From assembly GCA_050251535.1 (NCBI GenBank), contig JBFWMO010000003.1, forward strand, positions 9,768 to 73,767: a stretch of 64,000 bases of DNA, in the 5' to 3' direction. The stretch is from Acidithiobacillus sp. (GTDB lineage: Bacteria > Pseudomonadota > Gammaproteobacteria > Acidithiobacillales > Acidithiobacillaceae). The position numbers were made by a program, and so were the translations under genes. The notes beneath the pieces were generated by a model. The model searched no databases. It had not been told where the DNA came from and saw only the letters and a program-made list of their open reading frames with translations. Below are positions 42,195 to 53,973 of the stretch, in pieces. Position 1 is the stretch's first letter; each line of letters opens with the position of its first letter.

Positions 42195-42646
42195 TTGACC
42201 ACCACCTCGGGATGTTTCTGAATGAGAGCCGCATAGGCCGGGGTCATCTCCTGCTTGGGGAAATAGGCCGCCATCACCCAGTTTCGATCCCCTGCATCGT
42301 ACCCGGAAAGCTTCAGCATCGCTGTCACGCCGGTTACCTGCTTGTCCATCCCGTAATTCTCTTTGACCAGAAGACTATGATCTGCATATCGGGAGACGTG
42401 GATGATGCTACCCGCCTGGACAATGGATTGCACTGCGGCGGCATTGGCGAGATCAGTGGTAAAGGCATCTACTGTGCGGGAACCCACTTGGAATGGTCGG
42501 CTTTCTGGTATGATGGCGTGGTTTTGCTGAAGAATCTGAATCTCTTGCCAGAGGGCTTGCGCCGTCAGCACGCTCTCCGTGCCGGCCAGCGCACTACCCA
42601 ATCCCAACATCCCGACCACCGTTAGCAATACTATGATGCTCTTCAT
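42191..42646 (-). CDS. periplasmic protein, unknown function
   Basis: Signal peptide MKSIIVLLTVVGMLGLGSALA. Its stop overlaps the next gene. Confidence 0.5.
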   Translation of the reverse strand: MKSIIVLLTVVGMLGLGSALAGTESVLTAQALWQEIQILQQNHAIIPESRPFQVGSRTVDAFTTDLANAAAVQSIVQAGSIIHVSRYADHSLLVKENYGMDKQVTGVTAMLKLSGYDAGDRNWVMAAYFPKQEMTPAYAALIQKHPEVVVK

Positions 42647-42759
42647 GGATATTCTTCCTTTGCATGCCTTCGCAACCACACCCGACGCCCACTCTTTGCC
42701 GCCTTGAACGATTCAGAGTTGGGAAGGATGAAATCCCCCCGCAAGCGCTCGCAGGCAGG

Positions 42760-43101
42760 CTAGAAATATGCCAACTCATCGGCCGCACTAATCCACGCCG
42801 ACAAGCTTTTCATGGAGCCAGACTGCACGCCTGAGGGCAATACGGATATGCCGTGCCTCTTGAGCGAGCTTCCACAACATTGCACTTCCAGCCCCAAGTC
42901 CAGCAACTCCCGAAAAAGCCCTAGCGTAGGGACCCCTCCACCAACGTTGTCGGTGCCCAGTAATGTTACTCCATCGCCGACTAGAAACAGGCGTACAGCC
43001 TTATCCTCCGCCAACATGGCCCCGGCGAGGCGAATGGCCGTGTCTGCCCGCGGATTTTCTTCGGCGATACTGCTGTGTAGTACGATAAGTGCGGTAATCA
43101 T
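42760..43101 (-). CDS. DsrE/DsrF-like sulfur-relay family protein
   Basis: 113 aa: MITALIVLHSS...VRLFLVGDGV...QCCGSSLK. The ATG overlaps the MFS stop. Confidence 0.65.
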   Translation of the reverse strand: MITALIVLHSSIAEENPRADTAIRLAGAMLAEDKAVRLFLVGDGVTLLGTDNVGGGVPTLGLFRELLDLGLEVQCCGSSLKRHGISVLPSGVQSGSMKSLSAWISAADELAYF

Positions 43102-44399
43102 TCTCCAGCTCCTTGACGACAGGAAATGGGATGCGTTTCCTCCACCGCTAGGGCGATCCAGATTGCGGAAACAGCGGTGACGCCCGCCGTCAGCCAGATC
43201 GTCGGTAAGGCAGCATCGGCCCACTGTGCTGCGCCACCCAAAAGCAGTCCACCGATGGCGTATCCCGTATCCCGCCAATAGCGATAGATCCCCAACGTCT
43301 TGCCCCGCACTGCCGCGGGTGCTACATCTGCCATGGCCGCAATCAAGTTGGGATAGAGTAACGCCATACCCAGCCCCATGACGGCGGCGGCAAGCATCCA
43401 GGCGGCAAAGTGATGGACCAAGGCAATCCCCACGAGCCCCAAGGTCAAAAGAAAGAACCCAGACAATATGGGCACTTTGCGTCCCACACGATCGGCAAGA
43501 TGCCCCGTCCAAAACTGGCATAGGCCCCAAACCATGGCGTAGCTACCCGTAATCCACCCAATCTGGACAACCCCCTCCCCATGAAAGCGAAAGTACACCG
43601 GCAGCATCACCCAGACCAGAGTGTCTGCCACCTTGTTGGCCACCCCACCCTGGCAGAGCGCGCGATAGGTATGATCACGAAACGAGACCCGGACAAAGCT
43701 CTGCCATCGGCTTTCCAGCTGGGTTCTGGCCGAATCAGGATGGAGTGGACCGGAGCCGTTCTGTTCCTGATGTTCGGCCTGGGCCCAGGGCAGGGTATCA
43801 CGCACCCAAATCAGCGTCAGCAAAGCCAAGGCAATCACCAGCAATGCAAAGCCGAGAATCGCCCAGCGGGGGCCATAGAGTACCGCCAGATAACCGGTGC
43901 CCAAACCGGCAAGGCCTACGGCGATATACCCCATGGCTTCGTTGATGCCCACCGCCAACCCGCGTTGGCGGCTGCCGGCCAAGTCGATCTGGCTGGTCAC
44001 CGTCATCGTCCAGGTAAGGGCTTGATTAACACCTAAAAAAACATTGGCGGCAATGATCCACCACCAGTTCGGGGCAAAGAAAATCAGCAGAGGAATGGGT
44101 ATACCGGCCAGCCAACCCCAAAACAATACCCGTTTTCGGCCCATCCGATCGGAGAGATCGCCGGCAACAAAATTGAGGATGCCTTTCACCAAGCCGAAGG
44201 AGACCACAAAACTGGCGAGAAAGAGAAAGGCGTGACTGCTGAGTCCAAAATCCTCCCGCATGGTCGGCAAGACATTGCGTTCCATGCCAATGAGGAGGCC
44301 GACGAAAAACACCTGCGCCGTCTGCAGGGCGAATTGTTGCGAGTTCTGCGCGATACCCTGCGGATACCGCGCTTTGGCCACAGGTGGCATGGCGCTCAT
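43098..44399 (-). CDS. MFS transporter
   Basis: About 12 TM helices. Contains the motif DRMGRKRVL. The ATG overlaps the ArsR stop (ATGA). Confidence 0.8.
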   Translation of the reverse strand: MSAMPPVAKARYPQGIAQNSQQFALQTAQVFFVGLLIGMERNVLPTMREDFGLSSHAFLFLASFVVSFGLVKGILNFVAGDLSDRMGRKRVLFWGWLAGIPIPLLIFFAPNWWWIIAANVFLGVNQALTWTMTVTSQIDLAGSRQRGLAVGINEAMGYIAVGLAGLGTGYLAVLYGPRWAILGFALLVIALALLTLIWVRDTLPWAQAEHQEQNGSGPLHPDSARTQLESRWQSFVRVSFRDHTYRALCQGGVANKVADTLVWVMLPVYFRFHGEGVVQIGWITGSYAMVWGLCQFWTGHLADRVGRKVPILSGFFLLTLGLVGIALVHHFAAWMLAAAVMGLGMALLYPNLIAAMADVAPAAVRGKTLGIYRYWRDTGYAIGGLLLGGAAQWADAALPTIWLTAGVTAVSAIWIALAVEETHPISCRQGAGE

Positions 44400-44746
44400 G
44401 CAGAATCTTTTTGCGGGAGCTGCACCAGTTCCGCGCGTTGCTGCGTGGTGAGTTCCATTTGTTCCAGAATCAAGCCGCGCACGATCTGACAAGTCTCCAG
44501 CACCTTGGGACTCGTCAAACGGTAATGACAGAAGGTGCCGCATTTTTCACAGTGGACCAGACCCCGCGCCTTGAGGACATTGAGGTGCTGGGAGAGGTTC
44601 GCCTTGGCGAGGCCGGTTCGTTCTGCCAACTCTCCGGCACTATATTGTTTCATTCCCAAAAGGTGGATGATTTCCAGGCGCTTGGGATGCGCAAGGGCGG
44701 CGAATACCTCGGCAAAGAGGGCAAAACGCACGGTTCCTGTACTCAT
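44396..44746 (-). CDS. ArsR/SmtB-family metalloregulator
   Basis: Contains HPKRLEIIHLL...SAGELAERTGLAKANLSQHLNVLKARGLV. Confidence 0.85.
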   Translation of the reverse strand: MSTGTVRFALFAEVFAALAHPKRLEIIHLLGMKQYSAGELAERTGLAKANLSQHLNVLKARGLVHCEKCGTFCHYRLTSPKVLETCQIVRGLILEQMELTTQQRAELVQLPQKDSA

Positions 44747-45480
44747 GCCGCACGCCCGAGATTAGCCGCCACGATCTGCTCCATCTGGGCGGGCCGTGGC
44801 GGGACGGTGGCCACGAGCTCGCGCACAAAGTTTGCGCGATCCATCTGCAAATAGGGGTCCCAGCGCTTCTCGAAGGCCAGGGTAGAGCTGGCCTTGCCCG
44901 ACAACCCCGCACCACAGACACTCCCTGCCGCGTGTCCGGGATAGATTTCGATGGTGTCCGCCAAGGGAAGGATTTTATTCTGCAGGCTCTCATAGAGCAG
45001 GGCCGCCATTTCTTCCGGCGTCCCGCCTAGGTCTGGACGTCCAACCGCACCGACGAAAAGAGTGTCTCCCGTCAACAAAAACCAGGGCTCGGGGCCGCGC
45101 CGCTGGTCGGTCACCAACAGACAGATACTGTCCCGCGTGTGCCCCGGAGTGTGCAGAATTTTGGTCTGGACATTCCCGGTTTCCAACACTTCACCATCGT
45201 GTAGAGCGCGGATCGGAAAGTTAGCCAGATCCTGATCGCTCTCGTGCAGACAGTAAGGCGCCCCGACTTCCTGTGCCAACTGCCGCCCGCCGGAGAGATG
45301 GTCGGCATGGAGATGGGTGTCGATGACATAGGAGATGCGCACCCCTTTTTGCTCTGCCTGTTGCAGAAACCAATCCTCGTCGCCAGCGACGACATCGACC
45401 GCCACTGCAAATCCCTTACCGCCACAACCATAGAAATACGACTGCGTGCCATCGGCACCACCGCGCTGTTGAAAAAACAT
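44743..45480 (-). CDS. MBL-fold hydrolase (persulfide dioxygenase/glyoxalase II-like)
   Basis: Contains VIDTHLHADHLSG, TPGHTRDS and a later GH. Confidence 0.8.
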   Translation of the reverse strand: MFFQQRGGADGTQSYFYGCGGKGFAVAVDVVAGDEDWFLQQAEQKGVRISYVIDTHLHADHLSGGRQLAQEVGAPYCLHESDQDLANFPIRALHDGEVLETGNVQTKILHTPGHTRDSICLLVTDQRRGPEPWFLLTGDTLFVGAVGRPDLGGTPEEMAALLYESLQNKILPLADTIEIYPGHAAGSVCGAGLSGKASSTLAFEKRWDPYLQMDRANFVRELVATVPPRPAQMEQIVAANLGRAA

Positions 45481-45635
45481 GGAGCACCTGTTTCGTTACT
45501 TTCGAAATTATTAAACTATTGCTTGGACTCGTCCGTTGTCAAGCCCAACCTCTGACAGGGCTGTGCCTGCGGTCGTGCCAAAACGATCGAAAGGGGCTGG
45601 TCTGGGGCTCTTCCTGCCCGCTCTACCAATTTCTT

Positions 45636-46043
45636 TCACAGTAATTCCCGAGGATAAAAAAAGTCTCCCACCCAATGGCCCTTCCGATAGTCCAAGGTCA
45701 CAGCACGAGGAATGAAGGGCGTCACGCGGCGGATAGGAAAAGTCAGCAGATCCGCCACATCGGCATCGCCAATGGCGCAAACCTTGGTACCTACTGGATA
45801 GAAATACAGGATCAGGCGTGGGTCCGTTCCGGGCACCGGAATGGCTTCAGCATGGGGGGTATCGGGAAAGCGCACGCGCTTACGGATCAGGCAGCTAAAA
45901 AGTAACTCCAGTTCTACCAGCAGTGGGGTGGGATGCATCGTCAAGGCACGCTCCGCAGCGGCCGTCAACTGCACTTGAATGGGGCGGCGTCTGCCCCTAG
46001 GCTGATTTGCGGCGCCTTTCACATCCTCAAAAGATGAACCCAT
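45636..46043 (-). CDS. hypothetical protein
   Basis: ORF with an internal ATG. I recognise no motif. Confidence 0.4.
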   Translation of the reverse strand: MGSSFEDVKGAANQPRGRRRPIQVQLTAAAERALTMHPTPLLVELELLFSCLIRKRVRFPDTPHAEAIPVPGTDPRLILYFYPVGTKVCAIGDADVADLLTFPIRRVTPFIPRAVTLDYRKGHWVGDFFYPRELL

Positions 46044-46099
46044 ATTCTTTCCTCCGAGCATCGGGAAGCATTGGGAAATTCAAACGGGACCATACGATC

Positions 46100-46714
46100 T
46101 CAGGAATCCCGAAGAAGTCCTTCCGCCTGCAGGGCCGATTGTACAGCTGGCCGCATGAATACCCGCTCCTGATAGGCCTTGAGTAGCGGCCATTGTTCCA
46201 GTTCAATGCCCACATGCCGACACCAACCCAATACCGTAAAGAGATAGGCGTCAGCCACTGTAAAGTCCTCGCCCAACAACCAATCCTTGCCCTCCAGTTG
46301 CCTGCTGACGGTGTTCAGGCGCCGCCCGAGTTGGGCAGCGGCCACCGCCTTCCATTCCTCGGGCACCTGCGGGTTGAATAAGGGAGAAAACCCCTTGTGC
46401 AGTTCCGTAGAGATAAAATTGAGCCATTGCATGAGCCGATAGCGCTCCAGCGTGTTCGGAGGCGGAACCAGATTCTTTTCGGGCACGCGATCAGCAAGGT
46501 ATTGAATAATGGCCGGCCCCTCGGTGAGCACTTGACCGTCGTCGAGCAGCAGGGCAGGCACGTAGCCGTCGGAATTGATGGCGGTATAGTCAGCGCCGGT
46601 TTCCGTTTTCTTGGTGGCGAGGTCCACCCGTTCCTTGTCGAAGCGGAATCCCCCTTCGTTGAGAATGATATGGGGAGAAAGGGAACATGCGCCGGGGCTG
46701 TAATACAATTTCAT
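46100..46714 (-). CDS. glutathione S-transferase
   Basis: MKLYYSPGACSLSPHIIL is a GstA-like N-terminus, and the C-terminal domain is helical. Confidence 0.8.
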   Translation of the reverse strand: MKLYYSPGACSLSPHIILNEGGFRFDKERVDLATKKTETGADYTAINSDGYVPALLLDDGQVLTEGPAIIQYLADRVPEKNLVPPPNTLERYRLMQWLNFISTELHKGFSPLFNPQVPEEWKAVAAAQLGRRLNTVSRQLEGKDWLLGEDFTVADAYLFTVLGWCRHVGIELEQWPLLKAYQERVFMRPAVQSALQAEGLLRDS

Positions 46715-47011
46715 GGCAATCCACCTCCTAGCTTGGCGATTGGCAGCGAAGTGCTGGGGTTGTCGTGCATGGCTTCCGACTCCCAACGTGCTACCAAGGC
46801 AGCATCCTGATCCTGCTGCCAAGCACGGTAGGCCGGCTTCTGCACACTGAATCCCAAGCTTCGCAGGAACTTTTCCGGACGGTCATCAGGGACACGTCCC
46901 GGCCGAAACGGTGGGTGATCAGATCCCGCACCATGGCCAGTATCCACAGGGCAAAAGGAAATTCGCATTGCTCTAGGTTCTTGTCCGCAGCGCCTTCTGG
47001 ACCCTGCGCGG

Positions 47012-47644
47012 TTACTTCTTTTTGACGCCCTCGACCTCGACTTTGACGGCTATCGCGTTGGATAGTCCCTCAGGCAGGTAGGCATCCATCCCAAAGTCGG
47101 AGCGATGAATGACGGTGGTGGCGACGAATCCCGAAAGGTATCCACCCCAAGGTTTGGGAAGGTAGGGAACGTTGCCTGCCCCAATCTCCTGGACCTGGAA
47201 GACTACTGGCTTCGTTACCCCATGCAGGGTCAAATTGCCGTATAGCTCCCCCTTTTTGGGGCCGTTCGGGACGTATTTGCTGCTGACAAAGGTGATGTTG
47301 GGATAGCGTTTGACATCGAAGAACTCCTTGCTGCGCAAATGTTGATCGCGCAAGGCGAAGTCGGTGTTGATGCTCGCGGCAGGGATGGTGATATCTACCT
47401 TGTCCTGGGCAGGATTTTGGGCGTTAAAGGTGTAGGTGCCACTGATGTTGTCAAAGCGACCAGTGAACTGACCAATGCCGACGTGACCAATGGTGAAAAA
47501 GACATTGGTATGCTGCGGATCGATGCGATAGGTCCCACTCGGGTTTCCAGAGAGGGGGGTATAGGTCATAGTAGCGGCAAACACCGGACTGGCAAGACAT
47601 AGTCCGGCGGCAAGCAGGACGCTTTGTGGGATTCTGTTACGCAT
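47012..47644 (-). CDS. YceI-family periplasmic protein
   Basis: Has a signal peptide. Contains YRIDPQHTNVFFTIGHVG...GTLTLHGVTKPV. Confidence 0.8.
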   Translation of the reverse strand: MRNRIPQSVLLAAGLCLASPVFAATMTYTPLSGNPSGTYRIDPQHTNVFFTIGHVGIGQFTGRFDNISGTYTFNAQNPAQDKVDITIPAASINTDFALRDQHLRSKEFFDVKRYPNITFVSSKYVPNGPKKGELYGNLTLHGVTKPVVFQVQEIGAGNVPYLPKPWGGYLSGFVATTVIHRSDFGMDAYLPEGLSNAIAVKVEVEGVKKK

Positions 47645-47653
47645 GAGAAGCTC

Positions 47654-48262
47654 CTAGTTTCCAGTAATGAGTTTTTGGGTAATTTCTGCCACGTGCTTAC
47701 CTTGAAAGCGAGCAATGGCAAGTTCATTGGCAGAGGGCATCCGACTGCCGTCACCGTTGGCCAGAGTGCTGGCACCATAGGGCGTGCCGCCACTGATTTC
47801 GTCCATGTTGACGAGCCCTTGGCAGCTGTAGGGCACGCCAACTACGATCATTCCCTGATGAAACAAAAAGGTGTGGAAAGACGTGATGGTGGTCTCCTGG
47901 CCGCCATGCTGCGTTGCGGTGCTCACGAACACGCTGCCGACCTTACCGACCAAGGCACCTTTTTGCCAAAGATTGCCGGTGCGGTCGAGAAAATTGCGCA
48001 TCTGGCCGCTCATGTTGCCGAAACGGGTGGGGGTGCCAAAGATGATGGCGTCGTACTCCGCAAGCTCGTCGGGATGAGCCTCCGGGGCTGTCTGCTGGGT
48101 CTTGGCGTGGATTTGAGCCAGGATTTCCGGCGACATACTCTCCGGTACCCGCTTGATATCCACGGTAGTACCGGCTACGGAACGTGCTCCTTCCGCTTCC
48201 GCTCTGGCCATCTCTTCTATATGACCCCACACGCTATGGTACAGAACCAGTATCTTGCTCAT
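47654..48262 (-). CDS. wrbA: NAD(P)H:quinone oxidoreductase WrbA (flavodoxin-like)
   Basis: Contains [19 protein letters not shown]...[13 protein letters not shown]. Confidence 0.85.
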   Translation of the reverse strand: MSKILVLYHSVWGHIEEMARAEAEGARSVAGTTVDIKRVPESMSPEILAQIHAKTQQTAPEAHPDELAEYDAIIFGTPTRFGNMSGQMRNFLDRTGNLWQKGALVGKVGSVFVSTATQHGGQETTITSFHTFLFHQGMIVVGVPYSCQGLVNMDEISGGTPYGASTLANGDGSRMPSANELAIARFQGKHVAEITQKLITGN

Positions 48263-48352
48263 TCGGGAAACTCCTTGTGGGCGAACTTGATCGACATCGG
48301 TATTAGAATAGGGGTAATCTTCTTTTGTAAAGTAGGTACTAACGAGTAACCA

Positions 48353-48679
48353 ATGAGCCAACGTTCCCCCGAAACATCCTGTCCCATGGATCGACTCCTC
48401 CGACTCATCATGGGTCCCTGGACTACCTATCTCCTCTGGGTTCTGGAAAGCCAGGGGGTAATGCGCTTTGGGGCTCTGAAAAAGTCAATTCCTGGCATTT
48501 CTTCGCGCGTCCTCACAGAGCGCCTGCGCAGTCTGGAAAGCGCTGGAATCATCTTTCGCGAGTATCGCGCTACCATCCCGCCCGAGGTAAGCTATGGGCT
48601 CACCGAAAAGGGCAGGGAGTTGGGTTTGGTTCTGAAGGGCCTTAATCAACTTGCCCAGCGCTGGTATCAGGAAACATGA
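48353..48679 (+). CDS. HxlR-family transcriptional regulator
   Basis: Contains [20 protein letters not shown]...[25 protein letters not shown]. It is divergent from wrbA. Confidence 0.85.
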   Translation: MSQRSPETSCPMDRLLRLIMGPWTTYLLWVLESQGVMRFGALKKSIPGISSRVLTERLRSLESAGIIFREYRATIPPEVSYGLTEKGRELGLVLKGLNQLAQRWYQET

Positions 48680-48836
48680 GTAAAACCCTCATATTCACTC
48701 CAATAGTTCTGAGAACCTCCCACACCCGAGCCTGAAACAGGCTGAGTGCCTGAACGTAACGTCGGACTGGATTTGTTATCAACATTGGACGTTCTGTCCA
48801 GTGCGTTGTCTCTTTGGCAAATTTGTGGTGTTGGTA

Positions 48837-48874
48837 GTGGTCGTCTCAGAATTCGGAGTGCAGAGTACGCTAAG
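48837..48874 (+). repeat. 38-bp Tn3-family (Tn21/Tn501-type) terminal inverted repeat, outer end on the left
   Basis: GTGGTCGTCTCAGAATTCGGAGTGCAGAGTACGCTAAG compared, from memory, with Tn21 GGGGTCGTCTCAGAAAACGG...ACGCTAAG and Tn501 ...CAGAATTCGGA...GTACGCTAAG. Confidence 0.7.
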
Positions 48875-49464
48875 GAGTCTGCACATCTTCTGGGAAGGCC
48901 CACCATGGCAGTGTTGCCTTGATTGTCACAGTTTGATCCAAAAACTTCCTTTGCTTGCCTTAGAAAAAATGATGGGGCACGAGACACTTTTTGGCGGATG
49001 GAGCTTCTCTGTTTCTACTGTCACCCAACCGTTCGGTTGGGTGACCAGTAAACATGCCTGCGCAAGCTCAGTCGGTGCCGACTCGCAGCATGCTCCGCCT
49101 AAGTAGTACCGTAGGGCGGGTCCAGGGACATATGACTCCATTTTGCAGCACCCGTCGCCATTGGACAGGGAGTGCATCACCTTGGGGCGACTGCTTGTTA
49201 TGGCGCAGTAACACGGTGCGGTAACGCCAATCGCAGATGAGGACATTTCCCGGAGTCCGCTACCCATGACCCCGTGGATCAGAATGACGGGTGGCTGATC
49301 GTCGACGGTTCCGGTATGCGTATGGAGCCGCTTCAGGTCGGGTGCTTTCACAGCGGCGCAACCGGCTGTAAGCAGGACTGCGCGCGGCAACGCGGTCCAT
49401 ACGGCCCATCGATATTCGGCGACGCTGTTCACGTAATTGCCCACTGCGGATACTGAGCTGACAA

Positions 49465-51691
<2,227 letters not shown>

Positions 51692-51696
51692 TAACT

Positions 51697-52005
51697 TTAT
51701 AAAAAGTAAAGCCATAATCTGATGGCGTAACGACAGGTTGGATGGCGGAAGAATCCGGCGACGATGTATGGCAGCTTTCGCAGGCGACGGAGCGCGGACA
51801 AGACCAGGAACTTGAGGTCGTTCTGACTCTGGAGGATCTGCCTGCTGACCTGTTTCTTCACATGGCCCCAGACCAGCTCATCCGGGTTGGGGTGGGGTGC
51901 ATACGGGGGCAAGTAGAAGAGCTGCAATCGACCCTCCTGGATAGCGACGAAGTCACCGACCAGTTTGGACTTGTGGATGGCGTGGCCGTCTACGCTCGAG
52001 TGGCG
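51697..52005 (-). pseudogene. IS630-family transposase C-terminal fragment
   Basis: Contains VDGHAIHKSKLV...LFYLPPYAPHPNPDELVWGHVK. The open frame begins right after a stop at ~52006. Confidence 0.7.
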
Positions 52006-52300
52006 TCATTCCTTGCTCTTAGCTAAGAGCCTGGCCACGGTGAACGGATGGACATTGAACAGGCGCGCGGCATCTGTTGCAGTCTTCTGTCCTGAGCTAA
52101 CCATCGACACGACCTGCTGCCGCTGTAGGGGGGTGAGCTTTGGACGGCGACCACCAACACGACCAGCCTCGCGTGCCGCATCGATCCCAGCGCGCATGCG
52201 CTTCCGCAGCATGGCTCGCTCGAACTCGGCGAAAGACCCAACGAGTTGCGTCATCATGCGCCCTGCCGGCGTCGTCGTGTCGATGGTTTCATAGAGATGT
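52006..52300 (-). pseudogene. serine recombinase (resolvase/invertase) fragment lacking the catalytic N-terminus
   Basis: Contains IDTTTPAGRMMTQLVGSFAEFERAMLRKR...GGRRPKL plus an HTH. Confidence 0.7.
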
Positions 52301-52439
52301 CCGGTTCTCCTGGGTATTGGTTACTTTCAAGGGAAATCTGTGGTGGGATAGCGATGCCAGGGATGGTCGGCAGCAGGTCGGTATTTTTCTGAACAACGTC
52401 GGGAAGTCAGGATCGCATCGACGCGAGCGTTGAGGTTTT

Positions 52440-52803
52440 TGTCATCGACAGGATGGGGATTTCCCGGGCCTGGATAACGTCTTCGTCGAGCGGCTATGGC
52501 GGAGCGTCAAATACGAAGATGTGTACCTGAAGGCCTATGATGGTGTGCCGGAACTGCTGATAGGGCCCACGGAATATTTCGAGTTCTACAACAGCCGCCG
52601 TCCCCATCAATCCCTGGGGTACGCTACCCCCGACCAAATCTATCGATCCGATATGGGTGGCGGAGCCTGTATCGTGGATAAGTATCCGAAGCCGGATCAA
52701 CAGTCCGGTGAGGAAAACCTGGGACAGCGCCAATCCACTGCGACTGAAAAGGCCAGTACTAGCTTAAACTAGACAAAATTTTGTCTTGACAGTGGGGTCC
52801 ACC
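52440..52803 (+). pseudogene. rve-type (IS3-like) transposase C-terminal fragment with the IS right end
   Basis: Contains DNVFVERLWRSVKYEDVYLKAY...FYNSRRPHQSLGY. A terminal ...CAGTGGGGTCCA follows. Confidence 0.65.
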
Positions 52804-52838
52804 ACAGAAGAGTTCTGACAAATTCTTTATTTTTCAAG

Positions 52839-52923
52839 TGGTGCCCAAGGCCGGACTCGAACCGGCACGGCATAAGCCGAGGGATTTTAAGTCCCTTGCG
52901 TCTACCGATTTCGCCACTTGGGC
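52839..52923 (-). tRNA. tRNA-Leu (anticodon UAA)
   Basis: The reverse complement folds as a cloverleaf. Acceptor GCCCAAG/CTTGGGC, anticodon loop CTTAAAA, long variable arm, T-arm CCGGTTCGAGTCCGG, and encoded CCA. Confidence 0.95.
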
Positions 52924-52992
52924 AGAGTAAGTGAGTATAGCAGTGCGTCGAGCGTTTGTCCTTGCTCTTGCCGCCGCTTGCGGGAGCTGCGT

Positions 52993-53385
52993 CTATGCTG
53001 CCTGATCGAGTAATAGACGCGCTTGTTCAGCAACCGCTCGATCGCCGTCCTGCGCCGCTTTTTGCCACCAGTAAATCGCTTGATCCATGTTTTTCTGGAC
53101 ACCCCAACCATGCGCGTACGCGGTTCCAAGCTGCAACTGCGCGGCAGCGTCGAGATTTTCTGCCGCTTTCCGCCACCAGAAAACAGCGAGCTGCAAATTT
53201 TGCGGCACCCCGTCGCCCGCAGCGTAAGCCAGACCTAGCTCATACTGGGCTGGTCCGTATCCAAGTTGTGCTGAGCGTTGCAGCTGCTCGATTTTTGCAG
53301 CACTCAAAGAGGTACCTGCAGCAAGGCTACCAAGTGGAGCAATGGTGACAAGGGCTGCGGTCAAAAGTAGGACTTTGTATTTCAT
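52993..53385 (-). CDS. secreted Sel1-repeat protein
   Basis: Signal peptide MKYKVLLLTAALVTIAP. It has three Sel1-like repeats (AQYELGLAYAAGDGVPQN, ...). Confidence 0.8.
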   Translation of the reverse strand: MKYKVLLLTAALVTIAPLGSLAAGTSLSAAKIEQLQRSAQLGYGPAQYELGLAYAAGDGVPQNLQLAVFWWRKAAENLDAAAQLQLGTAYAHGWGVQKNMDQAIYWWQKAAQDGDRAVAEQARLLLDQAA

Positions 53386-53505
53386 GGCTACCTGATATCT
53401 GCGGCTTGCTATGGCGTAAGAGTACCACAGCGCAGCGGAGTTCCAGATATGCGAAGGGGGCCGATTGGCCCCCATGCATGCTTCTTTAACTTTACTGCGC
53501 GGAGA

Positions 53506-53775
53506 TTAGCCCGCCTTGGCTTCGGCCTTCTTGGCTTCTACCTTCTTGGCGGGTGCCTTCTTTGCCTCTACCTTGTGCTCAGGAGCCTTCTTCATGGCTT
53601 TCTTCATTGGGGCCTTATGCTCGGCTTTCTTCATTTCCTTCTTCACGGGAGCCTTGTGAGCTTCCATCTTGGCAGCCGGCTTCTCGGGAGCGGCGGGGGT
53701 GGTGGCAGCAAATGCGCTGGAGACGGCAAACAAAGAGGCCAAAGCAACGACGATAGCGGAAGTTTTTACAGACAT
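53506..53775 (-). CDS. secreted Lys/Ala-rich repeat protein
   Basis: Has a signal peptide, followed by KAP/KK repeats (HKAPVKKEMKKAEHKAPMKKAMKKAPEHK). Confidence 0.6.
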   Translation of the reverse strand: MSVKTSAIVVALASLFAVSSAFAATTPAAPEKPAAKMEAHKAPVKKEMKKAEHKAPMKKAMKKAPEHKVEAKKAPAKKVEAKKAEAKAG

Positions 53776-53973
53776 GATACTTCTCCTTAAAAGGTTAGGT
53801 TGAACTGCGATGTTTTCTTAGCAATCAGCATGCCAATTTTTTATACCTATAAAAAACATAGAGATACGGTATTATCCCGATAAACGATGGCTTGGTTCTT
53901 GTTGGGACGTCCCGACGGATTCTTCGTGTGCCGTGCTAACATTTTGAAAAGATTGTGTAATCTTGTTGTCAGA

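Noticed and set aside
42760-43530. 256-aa ORF covering the DsrE-like gene
   Set aside because: Only the last 113 codons look like a real protein (DsrE-like) with an ATG coupled to the MFS stop. The upstream part overlaps the MFS gene out of frame.
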